This document shows, in pieces, positions 12,856 to 25,800 of a DNA stretch of 64,000 bases. Made by a program: the position numbers and the translations under genes. Source of the DNA: Lingula anatina (taxonomy: Eukaryota; Animalia; Brachiopoda); assembly GCA_051362555.1 (NCBI GenBank), contig CM120642.1, positions 12,090,001-12,154,000 of the forward strand, read 5' to 3'. How positions within the stretch are numbered: the first letter of the stretch is position 1; each line of letters begins with the position of its first letter. The notes under the pieces were generated by a model that had not been told where the DNA came from, ran no database searches, and saw nothing but the letters and a program-made list of their open reading frames with translations.

Positions 12856-13198
12856 TCATGTCAGGTCACTGGAATTACTACTGGGCGGATGATAGTAGTT
12901 TTGAGAGCAGGAGGATCTAGGCTGTTGTGATGAGGACAACTGTAATCCTAATGAACTCACGGAGTGTAGTCTTTGTTGCCGTGAATGCACAGAACTACCA
13001 CTGGGGGGCAACAGCATCCCGCCATTGTTCACTTGTAAATGAGGAGACACAGATGACAGGTGGACATGTGGGGAGGCCATGTTACCTGACATCATTGTCT
13101 GTGACCCTGATATGTGACCTTGACCCAAATGTGGTTGCTGAACCTGATTCTGGGACACTGCAACATTTTGTTGTTGCTGCTGTTGTTGTTGTTGTTGC

Positions 13199-13263
<65 letters not shown>

Positions 13264-13880
13264 TTGTTGTTGTTGGCTCATTGGAGAAATGGGGGTTCTA
13301 AACCCTCCATCCACCCTGAAAGATCCCTGTAAATCCTGAAGCATCATTGAATCATCCTGTGTAAGCATCTGTCCCACCAACCCTGTCCCCAGGTCCTGAC
13401 TCAGCATCTGCCCATTCATTGGCATATTATTAGTCAGCATCTGGTCGTCCATCAGCAGGTCTTGGGAGAATAATAACGACTGGAAATTTGGCATTGCCTG
13501 GACCTGATGCTGCAGTAACAACTGCTGCTGTAGCAATTGTAACTGCAACAACTGCTCATTGAGTCTAATATCACTGGTAGTGCAAGAGTTGGTGCTGTTA
13601 AAATCTGCCACAGTGCTAGCTGTGGTCACGCAGGGACTGAAGTCAGAGTACAGTGACATGGGACTCATATTACTAGAGGTGATGACAGACTGATGGACTG
13701 GCTGTTGTTGCTGTTGTTGTGGCTGAGATGGCTGAGATGGCTGGGATGACTGGCCAGGAGAGTGTGATGATCCTTGAGCAGATGCCTGAGCAGAGGCCTG
13801 TGAAGTTGTGGGCTCACTGCTGTCCTCTACTGGCTGTTGCTGTGGAGATATGTCTATCTGGTCCTGAGGCTGGTCGGCAT
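12856..13880 (-). CDS. Clock: Clock exon 15: Q/S-rich C-terminal region with polyQ, stop codon
   Basis: ttttaag| acceptor, phase 1; reads [19 protein letters not shown]36..SSDLT*. Confidence 0.88.
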
Positions 13881-16800
13881 CTTAAAATACAATGTGGCAC
13901 AGACTGAGGTTATCTTAAAATATAGAATCAAACAGAGCTGACGGATTTGAGGAATAGTGTTTTAAAAAGTTGTCAAAATGTTGGCAACATAAGGGGCACA
14001 TTCTACCACAGCCAGCTGACAAGACGAGTGCCAGGGCAACTTGCAAAAATACAACTCCAGTACAAAATTCATCATACCTTGAAGATCAAATATGTTACAA
14101 AAAGCTATAGTAGACCAAGATAACCCCTTTTTTAACAGACCTAATATCCTCTGTCAAGCTGACCATTAATGTGCAAAAGATTGAAAAAAAAAAAAACTTT
14201 TTATCTTCAGGGTTTACGTCAAGCTTACTGATATTGGAGTTCCCAATACTGGTCATCTGCTGCTGGGTCCACAACAACTGCTGTGCTATAAGGTGCAGCT
14301 GCTCCTGCTGCTGTGTGATCATCTGCTGAAGGTGGCGGTGTTTTTGTAACAATTGGAGCTGGAGCTGCTTCTGCGCTGGCGTAAGTACTATCTGCTGTTG
14401 TCCAAGCTGAAACAGAAGTGATATTTTTATTAACTGATTTGTTTCATTCTGGTAGACATACAGTTAGCTAGTAACTATTGAGCTATTAAAAAATTGACTA
14501 GAATTATTGATATAAACTGCTATAACAATGACAACTGCCAATATCACTACCATTACAAGGACTTATTTATAATTTATTAGAGCTTAAAACTCTCCGTGAT
14601 GTCACTTCCTTCTTCTGGCATTGAGTAAAATTCAGATATAAGCTGGTGATTACACCAGTAGGTTAGAAATGAAAGGGAGTGTAAACATGTTAATTTGATT
14701 GCATTCAATGAGTCCCAACAGAGTTGGATCGATCTACATAGACCAATAGTTTCATTGAGGACGAGAGCCCTTAGTCTTGTTTTATCCAGACATATAGTAT
14801 ACTGTCATAAAAAAGTATATGTATTGCAGTACTTGTACTGGTGATAAGTGATTCATTTGCACTTGTACAGTATCTGTGAACAAATACTGTACTGGTATTT
14901 GTGTACAAAACAAATAGTCTTGTACCTGATCTAGCAAGTTGTTCTGCAGCCCAGCAGAGCTGGACACAGTGCTGGATACAGTTGCAGTGGCTGGGGGAGA
15001 GGAGCTGGTGCCAGCCGCACTGGTGCTGGATGTCCGTGTGGAACTGGGACCACTGGCACTCTGAAATAATGAATGGAAAGTGTGTAATAATTACTGAAAA
15101 TAGTACAAGAAAATAATATTGAAAAAAAAAAGCCACTATAGGTTTTTAAAAAATCCTTGATTGTTGTTTCAGCCATCTTACACTGGCTGTTATTTTCTTC
15201 ACCACTGTTTTGTATTTTGTCAGCCTATTCCTACTTTCTTCCCTCCTTCCATTCTTACTTGCTTCCCTCATTTATTCATTCATTCAAACAGGTAGTGAGC
15301 CATCAATAATTTTTAAGCAGTTTCTTCAATAATACATTTATTAAAATTAACATGAAACACCAAACATGCACGTATTCCAAACAGAGTCAAACCTGTCTCA
15401 TAATATCTAGCACCATAATTTACTCACAGGCAAGTTTTTGAATAAATGTTTACTGACTCCACCTCGGCTGCTGCTTGGCACACCATTCTGTCCAGTACTG
15501 CTGCTGGGATTCTGCTCCAACAGCTCCTTGAGACCTTGAAAATGCTGAGAGATTCTTGGCTTTATGGGTGACATGATGACAGCACCATTATGTTGAGATG
15601 CAGAAGAAAAATCACTGTGCGTCTCGTCCATGTCAGACACGGATGGAGTGTGCTCATAGTCAGAGAAAGGACCTAATGAGTGCAGAATATAAGTATTTAC
15701 TATTATAATAAAGAATGATAAAAATAATGAATATAACATGAGACGTGAAGAGGGTACATCCCTTCATTTGGAGAATGTTTTCTGAAAATAATGTTCAGAA
15801 TTGTCGCTGAATTTCAATAGAAAATTTACTAAAAATCCTTCCCCATGTACACAAAAACAAGGCATTTTTATCTCAAGCATTATATGTTAGTGATGGAGTT
15901 GTCTTGACATGGCCGTATAATGAAAAATGCATACAAAGTGTTTTCTTTCAGGTAAATGACAAACCCAGAATTAGAAATCATGACTTGATCACTAACCTGC
16001 TACTGGGGAGGAGTCCATGCTGTCCACCTTGTCTTCAGGGCAGCCCATGGCTTTCTTCAAGCTGGCTCGTACCTCTTTATAACTGAATTTAAAGTATATT
16101 ATTACACATTAGATATAGGCATCAATTAAGATGTTTGCAAAGGTTGGCTGTGAAGGTTTTCAAAGGCTGGTGATGAATTTAGAATTTGCCTTTTTATTCT
16201 AAAAGACAGACATTGGGTCTTCTGGACTTCACTAGCCATGTCAATCCAAGCTGTGACGGGTTAACTTAGTGTTTATTAACTATCATTAAATTTTTATACC
16301 CTTGTTCATGTACAGTCTATATGTCCTTACCTGACTACGGTGTTAACACAGACCACAAACTCAGGCTTTGAGTTCCACTGGTGATAGGTAATATACTGCT
16401 TGGTCTGTAGCCAGATCCACTGCTGGCCCTTGGTCAAGAATCTGTAGTAACAAGATGTCCCCTCACCGGTTTTCATTACTGAAATTTAAATGCAAAAGTA
16501 TAATAAGAGGACTTGAAGCAGAAGATTTCTTGTCCTTCAACCTTCTTGATACATTTTCAATCTTGTCCCAATATCTAATATATGTATATTTTTGATGACA
16601 AAACAACATTCAGTGTGTTTTTACTAACTTATGCAAGCTGACTTCACATTCAATTCTACTTCCTTTCATAAATATCTATAAGTTGGTGGCCCATCATCTA
16701 TGAAAAGACCTATCAAATGAACTTTCAGCATTGTTGTCCCTTCTTAATTAATTAAAAAAATTCTACCGACAAGGCCATCTTAAATGTTGTGTACTTACGC

Positions 16801-19800
16801 TGTTCATGTGATCTAGCTATCTTCTGTAAATCTTCTGGATGAAAGTAGTCGTACCCTGAAGTCCCCAATACCTCAAAAGGCATGTAGCCTATTATGGGTG
16901 GTCCCCTGAAAAAATAAACAGAACATTATGACAATGTATCTTGCTTTGCATTAATGGTTTCTCATCAAGAGTGAGAATAAATTACAACCTAAAATTGAGA
17001 TTCAAAGTAATGTTGAACTAACCTATGGTCCAGAAAAAGAAATTTCCACTCTAAACTGTGTCTTGATGTGAATTCACTTTTACTTTCATTGACATATGTC
17101 ATTTCCCTGTAGAACAATGGATGCTGCAGCCGTACTGTGCAGCAAAAACAAACTGTTTCTAAATCATCACCATTGTCTTGGAAGCCATCTTCAGATTCTA
17201 TATTAACTAAAATATGAAGGAAAAAATAAAGGTTTACATGTAGTATTATATTCATTTATTGAAAAAAACAAAAAAAAACAAAAAAAAAAAAAAACACGAC
17301 AAGATGATTCTGATTAAAACCATTTGTCAGACACAGATTTGTTTCATATTATTATTTACAAAACAAATTTATTACTGTTAGGGGTTTTTCTTAGAGCAAT
17401 GCATCTCCCAAGTAAATTATAACTCATTCTGAAAGCATCTAGGTAAGCAACATCAACTCAAAAATATATTGAAGGGCTTTTCAATGCACAAAGTAAATGA
17501 TTTGGAATGATTAAATGGATATACAGATACAATACCTATACTTGTGCTCCATTTTCTAAAATTTCCTATGACTTTGACTAGTTCATATTGTGGTACGCTG
17601 TCAGGACTCGTTGAGCCCCTTCTCATATGACATGAAAAGGAAAGCTGATTTTCGTCTGAAATAAGACAATTTTATACATAATTCATGCAATTTATTCAAC
17701 TCTAATTTCTGTATGCTGGACGGATGTCAACAGATTAAATCCTTTAAGAATGTTAGCCAATGAACCACTTTTATCATTTAAGGCTTTTTTTACAGTAAAC
17801 AAACCTGCATCTAAATCAGTCCTGCTGTTATAAGTTTCTAGTTGGTGGGATGACAGTAATGTATGGAGATCAACTCGCTCTGATTCAAGAATAAAATCAT
17901 ATACTAGACGATTGACTAAATCCACCTAGAAAGAGAAAAATTAAGTCACTCTCATCTTTATAAATAACTTCTCATAGGTAGTAATATCCAAATAGGCAAT
18001 TATCATGGACTCAAAGCTCAAATCACATAACAGACAAATCACCTAATTCCTCCAAAATATGAAGGAGAAACAACTTTAAATATTTCAACCACCTGTGTGG
18101 GCCAGTGACTTTTACTCTAGAGAAATTAACCTCATATTATTCAAAATTCTATCCACAGCAGATTTAATTACAAGAAGATAAACTACATGTCAATTGCTCT
18201 ATTTTCCACTTACAGGCAAATGTCCAAGAAGCGAAGTTACACTTTCTGAAGAGTATAGTATATTCCCTGCCTGTGTGAGCACCAAAAGGAAACCGTCTGT
18301 GGCCTGAGAAAAATTTTGTGCATAATTAAAATCAAAATTAAACCAGAAAACCTATATGTTGATTGGTATAAAGAAGGCAAATTGTTTCTCATCGTTACCA
18401 CAACATTTAATTTACATGCACATGTGTAAGTGTTGTATGGCAATTGTGACAGCATAAGAGACAGAAACAAAAATGACATGAACAAATGGATATTTTGAAA
18501 ATACAATAAGCTAAAGGTCAATACCTGACAAAATTTGATGCAAATATGGCATCAATTTGCAGAATGTTCAAGGATTAAAAAGAAGATTAAAACTACTGTA
18601 CACCTGCTTGGTTGTGCTTCATGTAAAAAGACCATTAGACCACTTTAGTATAAAATAAGGGGGACAACTATTTAATAATGCAAAAACAAAAATCATTAAA
18701 GAGTCTACTTTGTTTTCCCATTATTGTAATAATGTGGGGTTGATCATACAAGTATTACTATGGGTAATCATTGCATTTGCTGGGCAATGCATCCACTGAG
18801 GAACAAACAAACAACAACAACCACAGCAAACAATGAACATTCACAACAGACACCTAACACAATCACAAAGGTCAAGTTGACTGGAGTTAACAACCCCCCC
18901 CCCCCCCCCCCAATTACTAAAGCAATGCACACTGTTCCAGTACACCACAGGGAGTTCAGCTTGTTTTCATAATTTGGGGGAAAAGTGATTCTTGGATGTG
19001 TCGAATGTGGGGGCATTTCCTGATCCAAACTGAAGATCTACTGATTCTTAAATCCTCTACTCACTCATAAAGAATTACTAAACACATAAAAGTAACAACT
19101 CCCTTTGCCAAATGAAAGTGACTAATTTTACATGAAAGGGCATTTTTAGTTTAGTTTCAAAGACTGCCTCATCTTTCAGTATGCAAACTTAAAATCAAAA
19201 ATTCATTTGTGATATACTTACCTCTAACATCAGTTGTGTGAATTCATTGTTTGTCAGGAAATGTGGCTTCCAGTCGTCATGTATTTCATGCTGCTGGGAC
19301 TGAGTAATACTTTCTTAAATGGAGAAAAAAAGCCCACTTAGTTACCAACTAAACAAATTAGCGGATGGTAGTTATAAGGCTTGGCAAGACCTGGAGATTA
19401 CAAACTGTAGGCAAACACAGTTTATTCCAGGTTCAACTGCAATATATGAATACTTGTCAGAATTTTAAAAACTCCAAAGAAATCAGTTCTTTTTCTTTCT
19501 TTTTCCTTTTCTTTAATAATTAATTCATTTATTTTCATTTTATTTGTGGTTGAGAAATACTCTAACTGACCATTGTGTGTTTTCAGGTAGGCGATAGTTG
19601 ACTTTAATACTGAAGATTTATCCATGCGGCGGTTTCCCTTGGACACCATGTTACAAAGATCGCTAACCAGCACATTAAACTGGTCGCGTCTTTTCTTCTC
19701 ACTGAGGTTGCGTGATTTTCTAGGAAGAAAGGAAAACAAAATCATTTCAAATTTATTCTAGGATCTTTTTCCTTCCTTAATAAGGTCGACTACTTTTTAT

Positions 19801-22800
19801 ACAAAACAGTTCACTTCACTTCCTCAATCAACCTTAAGTGCGGAGAAATGTCACTGCTTTTAACAATACACTAAATTGATTTCTATATTCCAATTTTACT
19901 ATCTGGACAAGAATAGAATTTAAATCATAGGGTATTACTGGCAGCCAATAAAACATAGGCATAGCCATTGACATGATGGATCCATATCATTTCTTCAACA
20001 TGCTGGTTTTTGGTCTTTCAAATACAGGCCTACCCAACTACCAGACTCGGCACCGAATGATCCTGAATTCACCGGTAGATCAGACCACACTACCCGTTTT
20101 CAAAGTGTGTGTCAGATCGCATTACACAGTATCATACCCTGAACAAATTTTGAGTGGTGATGCAATGCGTTTCAACCCCGCTGAGAATCGTCACTATCAC
20201 ATCGTGTACTAGGCAAGAGCGGTGTCGCGTCTGATACTGTGTAATGCGATCTGACACACACCTTGAAAACGGGTAGTATGGTCTGATCTACCGGTGAATT
20301 CAGGATCATTCGGTGCCGAGTCTGGTAGTTGGGTAGGCCTGAAATACATATATTTCTTTAAGCGCATTCAGAACAGCCGACTGACAGATCCACAGATCCC
20401 CATTTAGCTCAACAGAATCAGCAGTCCCAGCTCAATTCTAAGTTACCTCCAGTACTTTCAGTAGAGATCCTGTTACATTAACAACACTGTTCACAGGTAT
20501 ATATTTATACCTATTTAAAATTACTTTGCCATTCAAACAAAACTTAACATTTCAGAATAAATATGGATATGAATAGATCATGATTAGCATATTTTGCACC
20601 TAACTAATTCTGACTAATTTTGTTATTTTTGACCTATTACCTTTTAATGTTATCTTTGGCATCTTCTTCTTCTCCAAACATACTATCCCTGCAAGAACAA
20701 GAGGAAAACTTTCAGATGTCTTAAAGCAATAATAACTCTTCGTTTGGGCCAAAAAATGAATTTTCCTGGAGTAAACAACAATTTTCCCATACTTTCCAAT
20801 GGTTAATGAATCCATTTTTACATTCAAAGTTAGTCCCTGGTTTTTTTCTAAAAAGTTTGTTTTTTTGTTAAAATCTCTTAAGAGATTTTAACATTGTATA
20901 GCCATCAATGGAGGTCACGTGGTCTAAAGACAAGCTCAGATATCAGAATAATAGCTATAACTGCTGTTTTTGTGGTAAAACAGAATATATTATATTTCTA
21001 TGAGTTATTCACAAGGTTTTTATTGTGAAATATAGATCTCATACGAAGAGTTATTATCCCTTTAACCTGACAGCGTTCAAGTTTATATCAGAGAACGGTG
21101 AATGTCAGTTTAATTGAGTGCTTCTATTAGCAACTGTTCTTAGAACGGAATATACAGTGAATTGTTCACAACACGTAATATAAAAATCTATACATAAGTG
21201 CCCAATAATTCATTAAATCAGATTTTGATCTCATTACCAGTACTCTTCCTTTACATGTACATAATACAAAGATGATTTTTTTTTCTTGAAAATTTCAGCA
21301 GTTTCCTCTATAGCACCTTAAGGTGTTTAGTCTAACCAAAAAAGGTATATACAGAAATTTATGATCTATAAACTCATTTTCAAGTACTAAATGTATCATT
21401 TATACTATCATAAGTGACATTTAAAAGTTGCCTTCAAATTCTCTATTTTCAGTGAATCAAAGGCTAAAAACTTGCAAAAAAGGGCTTATAATATACTAGT
21501 ACAGTCTGTATATGATAAGTCTTGTCTATGGTATGTACCTTGGTGATAAGGGAATAGTGGATTTTTGAAAAAAAAACTTTTTTGCTAGATATTGAAATTC
21601 TAACACTAATTGTGTGCCTTTACTGACAAATGTCAATGTTATTTTCTTTTCATTCATACAATATCTTTGTTTTTTCAAGAGTTAGACCATTTATTTCTTT
21701 AACTATTTAAATAAAACTCAGAGAAATCTCAATTAACAAACAAAGTTTCATTTGTCAATAGCTAAAGAAAAAATACAATACCTATCACAGCCCTATTTTC
21801 CCTGATAAAGTCCGAATGTCAGCAGTAGCTACTGATAAAATTGAAACTCTTTTTGCAAGCATACAGCAAATGAAACTGTTAACATCAACAGAAAAATCTC
21901 ACCATTACAATTGTCAAATGTTTTCAATATTGCAGGTGTATTTCCTAAGCAATCAAAATTTTCCTTTTTAACACTGATTAATTGCCTCCTTTACATAGAA
22001 CTGCAACCGTGACAACTAAAACAAAAACATCCCAATATATGTGATGAAATTCATGAAAAATGAACTTTGATAACACAATAATTTACCCTACAAGACTGAA
22101 ATTTCCACTGCCATTCACACAAGAATTGCACTTCTTCCACATTATTTAAACAATGAATTATCCATAAGTTTCATTCAAATTTGGATAAGTGGCCTAAAAA
22201 TGGTGTAGACCTACACAGTCATGTTTTAAAGATATTCCCGCTTAATGAACAAAACAAGTGGTGAAGCTGCACTGATAAATCTACAGTTAAATCAGAACCT
22301 CAGTGCCTTACCTTCAGTGCTCTTCAATTTCAAACAAGGGCACTTACCAAGCTCTTTTTTTGTTTTGCAAAAAAAAAAAAAAGAAGCAATCAAGAAAAAC
22401 ACATGGCCTGCAACCAATGCATTTGCCAGTCATTTACTAAATAAAACATCCTCTTTAGCTTCTACACTGGAGTTTTTTCATATGAACCAGTAAATTGCGT
22501 GGTGGCATGATGGCATGTATTGTGATTGCGTTCAGAGCAGTTTTAACAAAATGTTTATGTTCCAAGTTTGTGATATAGATACTTGATTTTAGACTGCACC
22601 CACCTCAACCCTCTCGCCAAATCTACTTATTCCTAAAACATCCTTAGCACTCCTGACCCTTAGCTTTCAACTATAGAAGTTAAGCCTACAGACCACAGTC
22701 TACAGTGTGGTGATACATGTTGCAGTTGAACGTAATTACATCCTGTGTTGAAAACCAAAACATTTTAATGTAAACCTTCCTTAAAGCAGCCTTTTTCCTG

Positions 22801-25800
22801 AACATAATACTCAGACTTCAATGTGAGACGAGGTATGCAGCTCTTTGTATATAAGGTTCACTCCCTTTGAGAAAGTTTGTCACGACTAAGAGAGAAAAAC
22901 ATTTCAGCATGTAATCATTTTCACTTTTATATATACATATATGTGTAAACACTACTGAAAACCTCACTTAAAAGAATCTTAGAACGAAAAAGGCTAACAT
23001 CCTGTGCTATTATAGGCATTGTACCCTCTACCAGAGCCGCAGTTATTATTATATGGACATTTAAGCCGAGGCGACCTTGTAAGCAATTAAATCTGCACGC
23101 GCGTGCAGATGGTATTGTGCTCGCTCTGCAGGAGCTCAGTGGGAGCTGGGGTTTGCTCCCACGTGATTAACTCTCGTTATGCAACCTGTCTTTCTTGTCT
23201 GTCTGCTGAAACTAGTCACGGGTGGTTTGAAGGAATACCCTGAAGTTACAAGCTATTCATAAGGGGCTATTTTTGTTGTTACAGAAGAGCAATTAACTGT
23301 CTTGATTGCTGTCAGGGGTACTTGGCAGGGACTGCATGGTTAGGTGGCAGTGCCTGAATAGTTATGCAAACAATTACCAGCCACGTAATCATCCATGCGA
23401 TTTCATTACAGAATCACAGTACAGAGAATAACCATGAATTTAACCAGGGACATATCTGTGAATATCTAGTGAAAAATCAATCTGTGGCCCTGGTAGGGGG
23501 CATAGGCATTGCATCATTAGATTGAACTTTGAAAGCTGACTAGATCAGGCTTCTTAAGGAATATAATCCTGAGACCAATTATTAAGATAGCAAGCAATTC
23601 CAACACCAGTAAATGAAGAAAAGAGAAACCTCTGATGTGCCCTGGCCTTGGGGAAATGTAATGTACTGCAATACTTAACTGCTTGTCCTCAGAGTCATAG
23701 CATACAACACACACCACAGGTGAAAAAATGCCTTTACTTCAAATATTTCTTTGAAAAAAAGTTCAGTACTGTTTACTGATATTGCATTAAATATAGTGCA
23801 TTGCATTTAATAGAACAACATACCACTGCAGGCTTTTTTTAAGTCAGTACACAAGTCCTCATCTCAAAACTCCATGCAAAACTTGCCAGTACACTGCATT
23901 TTTTTAAATGATGACCTTTCTTGAAACAGACTATCAAGGCGTTAAAGACAAATCCTTCAAAGACAAATCCTTTACATTAAAAACCATGGACATTAATGCT
24001 ATAATCATAGGAACAAACTGAGTGATACATCAGACCTTGTAAAATGGATAACCACATTCAAAGTCCCTGGAATTTAATCCAATGCATAACCCAATCCACA
24101 CCAGGGATACCCTGGCTGCAAATTCTTTATATAATAATAACCAGAATGGATGTGAAATGAAGGATGCTAGATAAAAAAAAAATGGACAGACAGTTGCTTA
24201 AAGTAAGGGTTAACACTACTGACAAAAGAGACTGAATGTAATATGAAATGTGGTCAAAGACTAATTGATTGCCATTTCTAAGAAATCAAAGGGGATTGTT
24301 GTCTTGGACTATGACTTCTGTAACAAGCAAAACATGGATGTCTCATAATGTCATACATATCCAGTTCTTTTTTCACATAAAAGACAATATATCCAGTAGA
24401 AGCATTACCAGGAATTTCAAAGAATCTTTAAGGCAAAAAATGTAGAGACTAAATATTACTAGTAGATGCATAAAGCTCTTTTAATACCACCTGTTTCAAA
24501 AACCAATGGACTTTTCATCTATCTGAAACATAAATCATTTATTTTTTAGTAGTTACATTAATCATCATAAAATTATCCAGGGTGTAAACTTACAGTCTAG
24601 TGTTTAAATCCTAGCCAGACTGTGTCAACCACATTATTTTTTTTATCCTGCAAGACTTGCACATCATGTGAGATTAATTTTTATATCAATCACATGACAA
24701 TTTATAGTATGTAACATATTTATTATCCAGAGAGACAAAATTTCATCAAGAATCCTAATGAATATTTCAGACTAATAACAAGTTACTTACAGAAATTTGA
24801 TTACTCTTGGACTATTCATCAAAAATTTAGGCTGAAATGAGTCAGCAAAGCTGTCTAATATACATATTCACACACACACACACACACTAAACAGATAAAA
24901 ATGAAGTAATATCCAGGGATCCATTTAAAAATATACAGGCACTATCTAATGTAAACTAATCCAATTATGATTTCTACATTGCTGTTAAAAAGGATATTGT
25001 AAAGTATTCCATAAAAATATCTTTCTCTTTATAACCACCATTTTATCCCGGAATCAATGTAGACCACAGCTGTCTTTTTTAAAGGCATGCAAAGCATGTG
25101 AGACATCTATATTTTCAGGAAAAATTTATTAATTTTCCTGGAAATTTCAGCAATTTTCACTTCATTTTCAAGGTGTACCCTATCCAAATTTATTTAAAAA
25201 AGGTACAATCTATAAATTTTTTTGATATTTTTTCTGATATTTTACTGTCACAAGTAAAATATAGTAGTCTCTTTGTTTCAAGGTCTGGCAATTTTTCCAT
25301 GCAATTTAATTAGCACAAATTTTGTTTTGAGTATAGGTGCTATATAATACCTTTAAGAAGGTGAAGGTAATGATATCTGTTCATGCAAAAAAAAAAAAAA
25401 AAACATCATATAATCAGGTGTTTCGCTGATCCAAACATCAAGAATTAATAGTAATTCATCAATCCAGTTACGATGTTAAACTGTGCCATATAATTTGGGT
25501 TCTATTATAATTCAATATGGTCTCATTCAAAAGAGAGCTGATTAGCTGAAAAATTACACATATACAAATTAGGGATCAGGAAGGGCAATATTGATGACCC
25601 CTTGCAAATAGAACTTGATTAATATGGATGTCGAAAAAAATTAATATATTCCATTAATAACTTATGACTGATCACTCAGGCATTATATATGAAAGCCAGG
25701 ATTGAAATAATTTCTTAAGATCTGAATTGGCTACTAGTACATGTTTGTTTTATTATATTTTTATTATAAAATGGTATAGTGATAGGATGGCATGAAATTA

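Noticed and set aside
12927-13332. Plus-strand poly-Val and poly-Leu ORFs
   Set aside because: Antisense shadows of the CLOCK polyQ repeat.
14771-15176. ORF-track frames with Cys/Trp- or Pro-rich translations
   Set aside because: Splice phases select the S/T-rich frame (14926-15060).
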